Of a stretch of DNA of 64,000 bases, positions 30,142 to 42,599 are shown piece after piece. The stretch lies in NCBI RefSeq assembly GCF_009914755.1, contig NC_060938.1; one strand, written 5' to 3'. The stretch comes from the human T2T-CHM13v2.0 reference genome, Homo sapiens. Made by a program: the position numbers and the translations under genes. The notes beneath the pieces are model-generated. The model was not told the origin of the DNA, made no database searches, and saw only the letters and a list, made by a program, of their open reading frames with translations. Positions within the stretch are counted from its first letter, which is position 1. Every line of letters begins with the position of its first letter.

Positions 30142-30294
30142 ATTAATAAAAAAGCATTGATCTCTAGTTTTGAAAAGCAATGATTAACTGAGCTCCGAAT
30201 TTAAATGAGTTTGATTTTCTTACTCCACAAGGTGAGTGACATTGGGTATTATTTAACTTATTTTTACTAAGTTCCCTTATCTGTAAAATGAGGG
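30142..30294 (+). repeat. Local duplicate of 28600-28760 (MIR 5' half plus flank)
   Basis: 30205-30264 matches 28671-28730 at 59/60; the upstream flank TTAATAAAAAAGCATTG..CTC.AGTTTTGAAA.GCA is also shared. Confidence 0.92.
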
Positions 30295-30575
30295 ATTTAT
30301 AACGCCTCCATCGAGATTCTTAGAGTCTTCCTTTGTTAAATAATAATTCAAATCTGTCATATGTGTACATGGGTTCCCACGTGTGTTTAATGCCCTGTGT
30401 ATAATAATGGCAGTTGTTAATTCACACTTACTTGATTTCTATAATTTCTCATTGGCTTAACTTTTTATATCATATTTCCTTTCTTAGGAAAAAGTAAAAA
30501 GAAACACAAACAGGATTGTTTCAATATTTTTTCCTTCATTAGCAACCAATTGCTTCACTTGAAAACGTATAGGAC

Positions 30576-30851
30576 TTTATTCTGGCACTCAGTTAAAATT
30601 TTAGCAAGCCAGTCTTGTCCATTTGATGCTTGTTTTCCAGTATTGCTAGGGCAGGCACACAGCAGCCTCTGGTTTAGAGTAAGACCTTTCAGATAAGTCT
30701 GGTCGATGTACTGAATAGTATGAGATCTTTCCAATCTGGCTCGCGTGGGCTCTAGAAATGCTTGCCTTACATTTCTTTGGCGCTTTTCTAGCCTGGTCGA
30801 GTTTCACTCCATTTATGAACAAATCGAATGCAGCCGAAGATGGAAACACTT
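30576..30851 (-). other. CpG-enriched non-repeat segment; candidate exon or retrocopy fragment
   Basis: ttgcag| acceptor, open frame to TAG at 30646, AATAAA at 30576-30581 (minus strand), 7 CpGs in about 140 bp. Confidence 0.25.
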
Positions 30852-30859
30852 CTGCAAGT

Positions 30860-31150
30860 AGTCCCCTCTCTATGCCAATCTTTCCTCTCTGCAGTCCTGA
30901 AAATTCTAGCCAACATCCTGAACTCATCTCAGCCTCCTCAACTCAGCAAGAGTCAGAGTTTGAGAGTCCATACCCTATGCTCTCCCATAGCAGTAGGATG
31001 GCACGATTTTAGGGTACATCTAATTTGTTTCTTTTTTCTCAGGAATCACATTATATTGCTTGTTGTACAATGTCTGAAAACCTTTGTTTCATCTTTTCCC
31101 TTGGTTGTCTAGTTGTTTAAAGGAAAACGACCACTCCCTTGACAAATATT
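30860..31150 (-). mobile_element. Old L1M (L1MD/L1ME-type) 5' fragment
   Basis: CCTCAACTCAG...TTTGTTTCTTTTTTCTCAGGAATCAC...TGTCTGAAAACCTTTGTTTCAT. Confidence 0.55.
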
Positions 31151-31169
31151 CCTTCATAAGCTAAAGCTG

Positions 31170-31655
31170 AAATCAGGGTGGTGGTTTCTTACAAAATTAA
31201 ATCTCAGTTTAACATATAAAACAGAAATTCCAGTCCTAGATATTAAACAAAAATAAATTAAATCATATGTCACAAAAACAACTTATGCACAAACATTCAT
31301 AGCAACTCTATTTATAATAGATAAGCATTCTAAATCATCTAAAACCCCAACAAATTCGAGAGGATGAAAAAATTTTCATATGTTTATATAATGGAAGATT
31401 AGTCAGAAGTATAAGAATAGACTACTGGTAAACATAACATGAATGAATTTCAAAAATATTTTGCTGAATGAAACAAGTCAGAGAAAAATCGAGTACATTC
31501 TCTATTCATATGAAGTTCAGAACAAGCAAAACTAACCTATAGTGAGAGAAGTTAGATTGGTCATTACCTAGGTGGTAGGGTAGGGAAATTGAATGCTAAA
31601 AGCCATAAGGGAACTTCTTAGAGTGACACAATATTATCTAATCTTGATTAAAGCT
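31170..31655 (+). mobile_element. L1ME 3' fragment followed by (CA)n (31660-31696)
   Basis: CATTCATAGCAACTCTATTTATAATAG...ATGAATGAATTTCAAAAATATTTTGCTGAATGAAA...CAAGCAAAACTAACCTATAGTGA. Confidence 0.7.
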
Positions 31656-31749
31656 CTGAACACTCACTCACACACACACACACATACACACACACATTTC
31701 TCTATAAATTAAACTTAACTCTTAAATACAATCTTTATGAAAGGTTGTT

Positions 31750-32330
31750 TAGCCCCATATGGTGGCAGTGGAGATGAAACAAATAATCATAAAAATTTAG
31801 ATTTACAAAACACAGCATTTAACCATTTAGTGATGGAAATTTCCATGAAAGGAGAGGTATAGAAACTTTGCAGAGTGACTCTGAGATTTCTGGCTTGGGT
31901 AGGCTTGGATACAGGTTCATTTGCTGAAATAGGGAACCATGGAAAGGAGCTAGACTGGAGAAACCTGAGGGATAGCAGAAAGATGGCTATAGTTCCAACA
32001 TGAATTTATAAGTATTTTAATATATGCAAGTGAAAATGTAATGTAATAAGTGGATGTCAGGGATGTGCATTAGAGAGATTTGTGTGTCTTTGGCGTGTAG
32101 GAGTAATTAAACCATGGGTGTAGATCAAGCTACCTGAAAGAGTGAAAAGGAAAGTGGGCTTTAAGAAATTGCAACTCTTACCAGTATTTTTAAGAGGGTG
32201 CAAATAACAGATGAAACACGTTTTGGATTTACTCACTGATTCAGCAAGTAATTTGGTAAGCTTTTTATTTGCCAGATGCTATTTATTGTAAGCACTAGGG
32301 AAAAACAATAAATAAAATGGAAATAGAGTC
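31750..32330 (-). mobile_element. L2 fragments
   Basis: GGTGGCAGTGGAGATG...GACTCTGAGATTTCTGGCTTGGG...TTGCTGAAATAGGGAAC. Confidence 0.6.
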
Positions 32331-33729
32331 CGACATTTTGTATAATTTTTCCAACAGTGCATTCACTACTAGGTGCATAATCAACAGAGTCATATATTTA
32401 CATTGATTCACTATTGGTTTCTTAACAGTCTTATTCTAAACAATTTTACAAAAAGTTAACAAATTTGCAGTGTGATATTTATCACCATGGAATCCGAGAT
32501 GGACAAGAAGGAAAATAAAAACAAAGTCAATGTTATAATTAACAACAAAATTATTCTTCAGAAAGCAAACATATTAAAGATTAATGAAGATGACTTCTGT
32601 TGGACATGACGTAGTTGTTCCTTACACGATGCAATGCGCTAAACTTTATGTTCCATTCACATATGAAAGCTCTCTTTGGAGCCATTTTCATTTCATAACA
32701 GAAGATGGCTACATGCATGCACACATACACACACACACAGACATGCAAAAAGCAAGCAGTCATGTCAGACCTTTTCTTAATATGTTCTCCTACTCTTTTT
32801 CTGCATTGTTTTAAATTAATGAATAAAGGAATTATCAACTATTCAAATAAACTCTTTCTTTCACCAAGATAAAATACTTTGCAGAAAATTAAAGTTGAAA
32901 TCGTAATAGAGACAGGTATACTCTCTTAAAGAAGTGTAAAATTTATCTCAGGGAGCAATTTTACAGCAACTGAAAAACATAATATAAACAGAATATTTGG
33001 GTAAGAGTATACCTATGAAACAGAAATATTTATTATATTTTATGACACTACGAATAATTAACAGAAACTTTTACAAGGGGTGAAATGTTACAATTATATT
33101 TAAGAAAATAGATTAAATGTTCATTAGCATTAAATTAAAATTGAATCTGTTGATGTAGCAGATGCTTTTGCAAACAATGTTATAGGAGGCATTTATTAAC
33201 CATCTAGCCAGAGCAACATCAGATGGAAAAGACACTCACAAACATCAGGCTACCCTCTTGTATCAGGGAACTGCGCTTCATTGACAAACACCTCACGCCA
33301 GTTTCCTGAGATATTTAAATTTTAGGTTCCTTAAAAATACTTCCACACCCATTTGAGAAGTCAATACCACAATTGTTAAGTGGTTATAATGTGTAATATG
33401 GTTGTTATAAAATAATTGTTGATATTTAGCTGAAAACTACTTTAGTGTGTATTTGCTCTTTAATATCTGCCTCACCATGATTACTGTAAATGCATAATTT
33501 GCATTAACATGGTAATTCAGACACAGGTCCTCATACAAACACACACAATTTTATATCACTCATCCTTTGAAAATATATGCCTGTGTTGATGTTCTGTCTT
33601 TGAATGATGAAAAATACCTATCTTCTGTTCCCTGAGACTATATCCTGTCTTTCAGTTGCAGAGATCATTATTTGCAACTTATTTTGCCAAGTGATTGAAT
33701 ATAAGATGAAGACCACAAATATAAATATA

Positions 33730-34030
33730 AAAATTATAGGTTTGGAGCCAGACTACCTGTATCAAATAATAATTTCACTGTTTAGTAAATACGTGACTTT
33801 AAGTGATTGCTTTTAATCGCTCTAACCGCAGTTTATCTGTCAAATAGAGAGAATAACAGTGGATATTGAGCATATATAACATACTAGGCAAAGGTCTAGG
33901 AGCTTTTCATATATTAAGTTGTTAATTCCCTCAATAATCCTATGAGATTATTATTGCAAGTATTTAATATAAGATGAGGGATTTGAAAACGGAGGAATGT
34001 AATAATATGTCCAATGTTATATACTTTGAA
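33730..34030. mobile_element. MIR fragments in opposite orientations
   Basis: TTTGGAGCCAGACTACCTG...GTGACTTTAAGT on the plus strand and CCTCAATAATCCTATGAG...AGATGAGG on the minus strand. Confidence 0.6.
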
Positions 34031-35055
34031 GCGGGTAAACTTTAGTTTATGTAATCATAAAAATGGAACAGTACTTATCCCCACACTCTCATCATGAGAT
34101 CTACTGCTTAGTAGAGTGTGTAGTATATGATATTTATTCCAAAAATAATCTATCATCTCATTTGTTGTCACGGGGTTGACCCAGCTTAATTAGCTAATTC
34201 ACAGATTCCCTTTCTTTTTTGCCTGTGTATAGGTAACCCTTCTCAAGCTGTACATATAGTTGAAAGTTCCAAAATACAGAATTATAAACAGCAAAGTATT
34301 AAAGTCCATGTATCCTCCCCCAGTGCCAACCAAAACACAGTCATTAATAATATATTGTGTTTCTATGCAGTTATTATTCTTTATATTCCCCCATACACCC
34401 ATAGACTCACATACAAATGCCTTACTTTTATTAAACAATTTGCTCATTACCTAAATATGAGATTATACTGTACAGTCTTTTGTAAATTTATTGGTCTTTG
34501 CTACCATTAGGTATGGATCTCACTGCCAAATCTCTGTGGGAGTTCCCTGTCCTAGGTCTCTTGGACAGGGATATGGCTTTTCTTTTTGTTGTATTTCTTC
34601 CTTATTTTTGGTCTATGTTTGGCTGCTCAAGGTTTGGAGGGCTCCCAACACCCACATAAATATGTATTGAAGATAAAAATAAAACCTAGGGAATTCACAT
34701 GTGTCCTTTCTTACAGTTTTGAGGCCCCTAGCCAGTTCATACAACACTTTCCACCTTTCAGAGTCCTTTTATGATTGTCTATTGAATTATTTCCAGGGTA
34801 TTAATGAAGTTTAGTCAAGAAGAACAAGGAAAATTGGTTCTACAACATCATATCTCAGAACTGAAGGTTGAAAATCTGAATTTTTTATTGTCTTTGTCAT
34901 TAATTTTACTTTAGTTTTAGTAAGTCCTCTCACACATGTATGTTTATTCTGTTGTTTTTCTTCTAAAGGATTGAGTCTTCTAAATGATTGATAAATGTCT
35001 AGTACATTGAGTTTAACTTTCTTTGTTTTCTAATACAGTTGGCTTGACAAGTTTT

Positions 35056-35350
<295 letters not shown>

Positions 35351-36359
35351 GACAAGTTTTTTAATGCCCACAGAACAGAAATGGGGTCACACATAAATTT
35401 TTATGTGTAATCATTTCAATGTCTTTTGAAAAGAAGAAGGTCCAGTTTACCAAGATAAATGTGGGACCTGTTTTCATAGGTGGAGTTTATGCTGGAAGGG
35501 GCAGCCAACCAGGAACTGCCTTCACAGCCTTTTTTTCTTTTTTTGCTTTCAGAAGTGAACTTGTGACTAGTTCTGGCCACTGGAGTATGAGCAGAGGCTT
35601 TTGTGTCATATCCAATCCTGATCAATACAACTTTCCTACACAAGCAAAAAATAGCACAGACTCTGTTACCCTGAACTCACTAATATCTCTGAAAGTAGCC
35701 TTTCCTTGTTCATATACTCAGTACTTTCACATGGAAAAGAAATAAACTTAAATTCTATTTGTTTCTTTATACAGGTTTAGGCCTATAATTTTTACAACTT
35801 ATTTGGACACTGCATAAGATTCATTCATGTGCGCATGAGTTATTTGGAAGTGCTTGTCATTAAATTAAGTAAGTAGCTTATCTTTTTTTAGTATTTCAAC
35901 ATTATTTTCTTACTGCATTCATTGCATTTAGAAAATATAGACTAAGAAAATTTGCTTTTTGTGATTTGTGGACACAATCTTTATAGCCCCATATATGATC
36001 ATTGTTGTGAATATTGCAAAGGTATTAGGAAAAAATGAAAAATCTATATTACTGAAATATAGAATTCATAATTTACCTATTAGATCAAGCCTACTAATAT
36101 ATATAGCTTATTCATTTCCTGTGCATACTTACTAATACTTTATTTCATTTGTTCAGCAAGAAATGTGCTACTTTCAAATATAAATATGAATTTGACAAAT
36201 TCAATGTTCTTTATATATTAAAATAATGCTTAAACACCTTAAATTCACAACTATTATATCAATGTTTTTATCTTTAGTAATACATTTTTTCTTATTGATT
36301 TAATTTCTCAAGCAATTCTTTTAAATATTAATAAAGTAATACATGCTATATTTTATGAT

Positions 36360-37108
36360 ATTTTAATTGTGGCATATGCACTTAACATGAGATCTAGCCT
36401 CCTAATAAATATTTTAAGTATTATTAACTATAGGCACAACATTGTACAGCAGATTTCTAGAATCGTACTTACCTTCCATAACTAAAATTTTGTGCCTATT
36501 AAAACGCAACTGCTCATTTCTCCCTCCTCTAGCCTCTGGCATCCACATGGGCTTAACTGTTTTTGATGCTTCATATACATGAAATAATTCAGTATTTGCC
36601 TTCTGCAACTGGCTTATTTCACTTAGCATAATGTCCTTCAGGTTCTTCTGTGTTGTTGCATATGACCAGATTTACTGTTTTAAAGGTTGAATAATAGTCC
36701 ATTGTATGTATATATCACATTTTCTTTATACATTCATCTGTCAAGAGATATTTAAGTCATTTCCATATATTTGCTATTGTCTATAATGCCACACTGAATA
36801 TGGGGGTGCAGGTATATACCTAGAAGTGGGATTACTGGGTCACATGGTAGTTTTATTTTGAACTTTTTGAGGAAACACCAAACTGATTTCCATAGTAACG
36901 CTAACATTTTACATTGCTACAAAATGAATGTTCCTAGGGTTCTAATTTCTCCATATACCCACAAAGATTTATTTCTTTCAAGAATAATAATAACAGCCAT
37001 TCTAACAGGTATGAGGTGATATCTTGTTGTGGTTTTGATTTGCATTTTTCTAATAATTAGTGGTGTTGAAAATCTTTTCATATACCTATTGGCCATGTGT
37101 ATGTCTTT
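36360..37108 (-). mobile_element. L1MA9/10-like 3' end
   Basis: CACTTAACATGAGATCTA...TTGTACAGCAGATTTCTAGAA...TGGCTTATTTCACTTAGCATAATGTCCT...GCCATTCTAACAGGTATGAGGTGATATC. Confidence 0.85.
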
Positions 37109-37139
37109 CACACAACAGAACAATAAAATAACCTTAGAA

Positions 37140-37672
37140 TTTGTGTTGTTAGTTTCTATATACTAACAACAAACTATCTAAAAGAAAACTTAAAAAAAAT
37201 CCCATTGCCAAAGCAAGAAAAAGAATGAAATACTTAGAAATAAACTTAACCAAAGAGGTGAAAGATTTGTACACTTAAAACTATGTAACATTGATAAAGC
37301 AAATTAAAAAAACACAAAAATGGAAAGATATCCCGTGTATATGGATTAGAATAATTAATATTTTTCAGATGTGAGTACTACCCAAAGCAGTGTACAGATT
37401 CAATGTAGTCCTTATCAAAATCCCAATGGCATTTGTTATCATTGTTATCATAATGGAAAAAACAATTTTAGAATTTATGTAGAAACACACACACACACAC
37501 ACACAAAGTTGGAGTCATCACACATTGTAATTTCAAAATGTATTACACAACTATAGTAATTACAATAGTATGTTTCTGGCATCAAAAAAGACACATAAAC
37601 CAGTGAGATAGAATAGGTAACCCAGAAATAAACATACCCATCAACTAATCTCAACAAGGTTGCCAAAAACAC
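37140..37672 (+). mobile_element. L1M ORF2 fragment in the opposite orientation (possible inverted segment of the same insertion)
   Basis: AAATACTTAGAAATAAACTTAACCAAAGAGGTGAAAGATTTGTACAC...TGGAAAGATATCCCGTG...CAACTAATCTCAACAAGGTTGCCAA. Confidence 0.8.
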
Positions 37673-37735
37673 CTGGTTTTTGGCAAACCGGGTGTTTTTG
37701 GAAACCTTGTTGAGATTAGTTGATGGGTGTATTTA
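37629..37735. repeat. Inverted repeat: 51-nt arms, 5-nt loop
   Basis: 37629-37679 pairs with 37685-37735: 47 Watson-Crick pairs, 2 G-T pairs, 2 mismatches. Confidence 0.97.
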
Positions 37736-38080
37736 CATAGTCTATAGAATTGATTGCTAAAAATGTATTTTTAAAAACTCATTAAAATATTTAAATGTAC
37801 AAAGTATTAAAACTTTATGATGAAAACATGAGCCCCTACCACAAAGCTTAAGGAAGGACTGATTTTTACAAATGTATTTGAATTCCCAATGAATATACAT
37901 CATGCTTCCCACCTACCTGTCCCTAATGAAACAAATATCTTGAATTTTGATCTTATTATTTCCAATAGTTGTAAATATATTAATAATATGTGAATGGTTC
38001 CTAGATAATATATGGCATTAATTTGAATATTTTATACTCTTATAGATTAATTCTGCTTCATTTAGATTTCAGCAAGTTGT

Positions 38081-38280
38081 ACATTAAGTCCTCTCTTAAT
38101 GTCCTCTGTATTTTCTTAGAAAGATGAATTTTAAGCTAAACAGCGTACAGCAGGCCCTCCAATAACGTCATTTAGTTCAACATTGTTTAGTAATAATAGT
38201 GATGAAAAAGTGATTTTGTTACATGTCATCTTGCTTAAAGATGCAGTTTCCAAGAACCTACCGATGACGTTACGGTACTT
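38081..38280. mobile_element. MER82-like Tigger-family DNA transposon relic
   Basis: TAAGTCCTCTCTTAATGTC at the left and GCTTAAAGATGCAGTTTCCAAGAACCTACCGATGACGTTA at the right resemble MER82 TIRs. Confidence 0.7.
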
Positions 38281-39679
38281 TTGATAAAAACGAAGTTTGT
38301 GACTTAACTGTATTGCTATTTTTACTCTTGTATATCATTACAGTATATGCTCATGCCTTTATTTCTTCATTTTTGTTCTTTTGAAAAATATTTACATAAT
38401 TTCCAATTGATTACTCTCAAAATCAATGTTATTAATTAATTCATGCTTTGTTTTTGTCAACTTGTATACATGTATTTCTTGTAGAAGATACACACATACA
38501 CAAACGAGTGAGATTTCAGAATCATAGGTTTTTTTCAACTTTCATTTAAAGTAGTTATTATAATAGTTTCTAAAATGTTTGTATCCCGTTATATCTTTAC
38601 CCCCTTGTCAGCACTGTGTAGAATTGTCATTACTTTACCAAGATTTCATATGTATTATATTTTAAATGTAGATATAGACACTGATGCAGTACATATATAT
38701 GTGTGTGTATATATGTATTTGTACACACAATCATACATATACACACGTCAGTTGTGATTATATATAATAATTACCAACATAATTAGAAGGACCTGAACAT
38801 TTAAATATTGTTCAATGAGCATTATACAATTTGGCAATGTGGATTGAAAACATTAAAATTAAACCGGGTATCCATACACTAGGTTCATTCTAAAAGAAAA
38901 TCAGGCTCATCTGGAAAGATTTATGTACAACATTATTCACCAAACATTATTCATTATTCTATATTTAAGTACAATTTAGAAAAAAAAGTCTAAAATGTAT
39001 GTTGTTATAGATATGACAACACACAATTTGCAACATATGATAGCATACTGATCATTTTATTAAGTAAAATTTGGACGTTACAAAGAATTGCTTATGCAAC
39101 AATTGTATTTTCTAAAAACATCAATCTGTTTATCTCTAGCTGTATCTCTATTTATTTCTAGGCTTTGGTAATTTTTTCTTCTTTCTGTCTGAAATAATCC
39201 CAGAAGTTTTTATCTTAATTCATTCAGGTTTCAACTAAACTATGCATATATTCTAGCCTTTGGAACAATATTTTAAAATGCAAAACTTTAAAAAACAGTT
39301 TTCTTAAATAAATACTCACGTTTAAAGAATATATTCAGTTTAACATATTTGAAAGCATTGAATTGAACCAGATCTGCTTTAAATATTGTCCAGATAACTG
39401 ATTACACCAGAGACATTTGGATTTTAAAATTTATCTATTACATTTTGTATTGCCTATTTATATTGTTAATAATATAATTATCATAAAACTGTGCCACTAC
39501 CCATAGTCAAAAAATTTGATAGCATTAAAAAAACTGGTTCACTATAATTGTCTGGAATATTAATTATTTATCTGGCAGCATTAGCTTACAAAATGATATT
39601 GTAAAAAACTACCTAGTTTTGGCTGTGTTACAATTTTTATGTATATACATGTAATATATAAAATAATTCAGAAAATTAT

Positions 39680-40098
39680 TTTTTATTTTTAATTATTAAG
39701 GATACAGAATAGTTGTATATATTTATAGGTGCAGGTGTATTTTGATATAAGCATATGATGTGTAACAATCAAAATAGGATAACTGGGATATCCATTACCT
39801 CACACATTTATCATTTTGTTATGTTAGAAATATTCTATTATTTTATTTATGTTGAAATATACAATGAATTATTGTTAGCTATAGTTGTCCAATTGTGCTA
39901 CTAAACACTAGATCTTATTCCTATGATCTAACTGCATTTTCGTATCCATTAAACATTCCCTCTTTATCCCAGTACCCTACTTAGCTTCTCGTAACTATCG
40001 TTCTACTCTCTATCTATATGAGTGCCTTGTTTTTATTTATTTATTTAGGTTATAGGTCTCACATACGAGGGAGGACATGCAACATTTGTCTTTTGCTT
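39680..40098 (-). mobile_element. Short 5'-truncated L1MA 3' end
   Basis: AATAGTTGTATATATTTATAGG...GGGATATCCATTACCTCA...AAACACTAGATCTTATTCC...CTACTCTCTATCT...GAGGACATGCAACATTTGTCTTT. Confidence 0.85.
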
Positions 40099-40225
40099 TG
40101 TTTTGTATTGGAAATACAAATGCTGATGAAAAAATGATTTTGTTACATGTCGACTTGCTTAAAGTTGCATTGTATTGTATTTGTAAATACAATACAAAAC
40201 AAAGCAAAAGACAAATGTTGCATGT
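40075..40225. repeat. Perfect 36-bp inverted repeat with a 79-nt composite spacer
   Basis: ACATGCAACATTTGTCTTTTGCTTTGTTTTGTATTG (40075-40110) and its exact reverse complement (40190-40225). Confidence 0.97.
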
Positions 40226-42599
40226 TTCTGTCAGATTCATCATTCAATATTAATAGTCATTTAATTCAATATTGATATTCATTTAATATTAGCTATGCCA
40301 ATATAAGCTAATATTAATCCAATAATAAATCAATTTTTGTTAGAAAGCATGGAATTTGCAGTTTCAATTACAATATTGTATGAACACTTGACAACATAAC
40401 TCCTGAAAAAATATTACCCCAGCTGTTATTTTTTAACCTTTCAATAATATTTAGTCTAATCTGATCAATAACTAAAGACAAATTTAGACAACTCTCCGTA
40501 TCCAAGTTACATATTCAGTATGGAAATTCAAAGCAAAATGTATAAAATAGTATCATATTGGTTTTTGTTTAAGTAATTTGTTTGAATTTTCTAACTTGAA
40601 GTGTCTTATGACTGATGAACTTCCATTGCTGAACTTCCATTGCAGTACATGTTATCCAGACAGAAATTTTGGATGTGGCACAAAATACCATTTATTTTCT
40701 ATTTTATAGGTTGGATTCCATTATGTTCCTTGGGGACATAATTTATGAACTTTGTTTTCTTATGCAAAATAGCAAGAATGGTTCATAAACTACAACAAAA
40801 TTTTTGTCAATGTATATCTTTAAAACAATCAGTTTCCAAGAGGCCAAAGACAGCCATTATAGTTAAATAGCTCTGAGATTCAATCAGATCTTATTTCTGC
40901 TATTGCTACTGGAAACATTTTGGTAGCCCAAGGGGCCAGATATTAAATTAGAATTTTCAGAACTTACATTTTGTTTCTTATGTTAATTTTTCAGAAAGTG
41001 TTTTATGGAGACAGGGATATACACAGTTCTCCTATGTATATATTTCTATGCCATGCTATTTCCTCTCCTGAAACTTTTATAATAAAAGTACCACTTAAAA
41101 TTTCAAACACTTATTCGATTTCCTAAAGCAAAGACCTTATGGTATAACAACAATTTCTGAAAACCTTAAAAAAAAATAGGTTTAAAAGTTCTGAGTCAAA
41201 TGTAGAAAAGTGATCAAAACCTCTATTGCCTTCAAATTCTACTAGATATGAAAATAGTTTTATGAATAATTAAGAGTTGTTTAAAGAGATTAGTTACACA
41301 AAATAAAATTATAAAAATAGTTACCCTGAGCAGATAATTATTACCTTTTTCTGATGATGGACTTCGTAATTCCTTAAAATAGAAAATAATATCCAAAGAG
41401 GAATTCCATGACTTCAGATATACAGGGAAAAAGTAAAATTAGCACATTTGCTTTAGAATACTACTGGTAATTAACAGAGAGAAGACAAAATAGGGTTGCA
41501 GGAGGACAAAAAATAAAACAGTTGACTTATCAGATGGTGAAACCTGGTGAAACCCTTTGTTCTAAATGAACAAAAATTCTTAGTCATATATCCTTAATTA
41601 CATTTATAACTGGACTCCATTTGGTTAGCTTCTAGCATTACCATTTAATCAGTGTCTTCTGGAAAAATACTTGACTAAGCTTTAAATGTTAATGACTGTT
41701 TGAAAATATATATTCAAATCTTTGCTATATTTAACTTAGGACAACAAATATATGTTATTTTTCTAATATATTTGTGAAATGGTAACATTATAATAATTTT
41801 AAGGCAATATTTAAGGAATAATATGCATTTCTATTCTTCGTCAACTTACTGAAATAATATTTATTGGTGGAACTTATATTGCCTATGTGTTCCAGTTTCA
41901 GGAATAAAATATGGCCATTTTATTAAATTGATACAGTAGTAAATATTCAGCAATACAAAATAAACTTTCTCATTCATTGTATCACACTATAACTCAATTT
42001 TAAAATAATATTTTGGTTGTCTTTTATAAAGGTCCTATTACAGACATTGCAGTGTATACCAAATTTACAAGATGTGTTGGAAACCTTGAACTATGTAAAA
42101 TCAAGTAATGAAAACAAAAACATCTAATTGAATTATAAGGCATTATTAAATAGGTTTTAAATTATAAGTATAGAAAAATGTTATACTACAGAAAAAGAGA
42201 GACTATGTTTTCAGGTCTCAGTAGTTTAGAAAGACTATGTGAGACAATGATAACAGTTTCAGCAAAAGCACAGAGGTGTGAAAATTCATGCTTTGCAAAG
42301 GAAAAGGTAAGTAGTTTTATGGTACTTAAAAATTATACATCTTGGGTAGTGCAGAGTGGGAAATGTTATTTAAATGATAGTATAGCACCATATTAAAAGG
42401 TAATATGAATATTAAGGAATTTACATTATTTCATGTAAGCAAAGTGACTTATTTTTGATTCCCCCACCCCAGGATAAGGTATAAGCACAATTTTGCTTTG
42501 TCTTCCAGAAAGCTCAATTTGTCAACATCCATTTCTGTGTTAATCCTTACTAAAACTTATTTTTCAAGTGACATTATTAATTTTCAAAAAACGATATTT

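Noticed and set aside
32626-32708. Possible minus-strand exon (tag|CCATC...CGT|gtaagg)
   Set aside because: The acceptor is preceded by a TG repeat rather than a polypyrimidine tract, and splicing to the 30851 segment hits a stop.
35389-35408. Short 9-11 bp palindromes (also about 51094-51120)
   Set aside because: Expected by chance in AT-rich or TA-repeat sequence.
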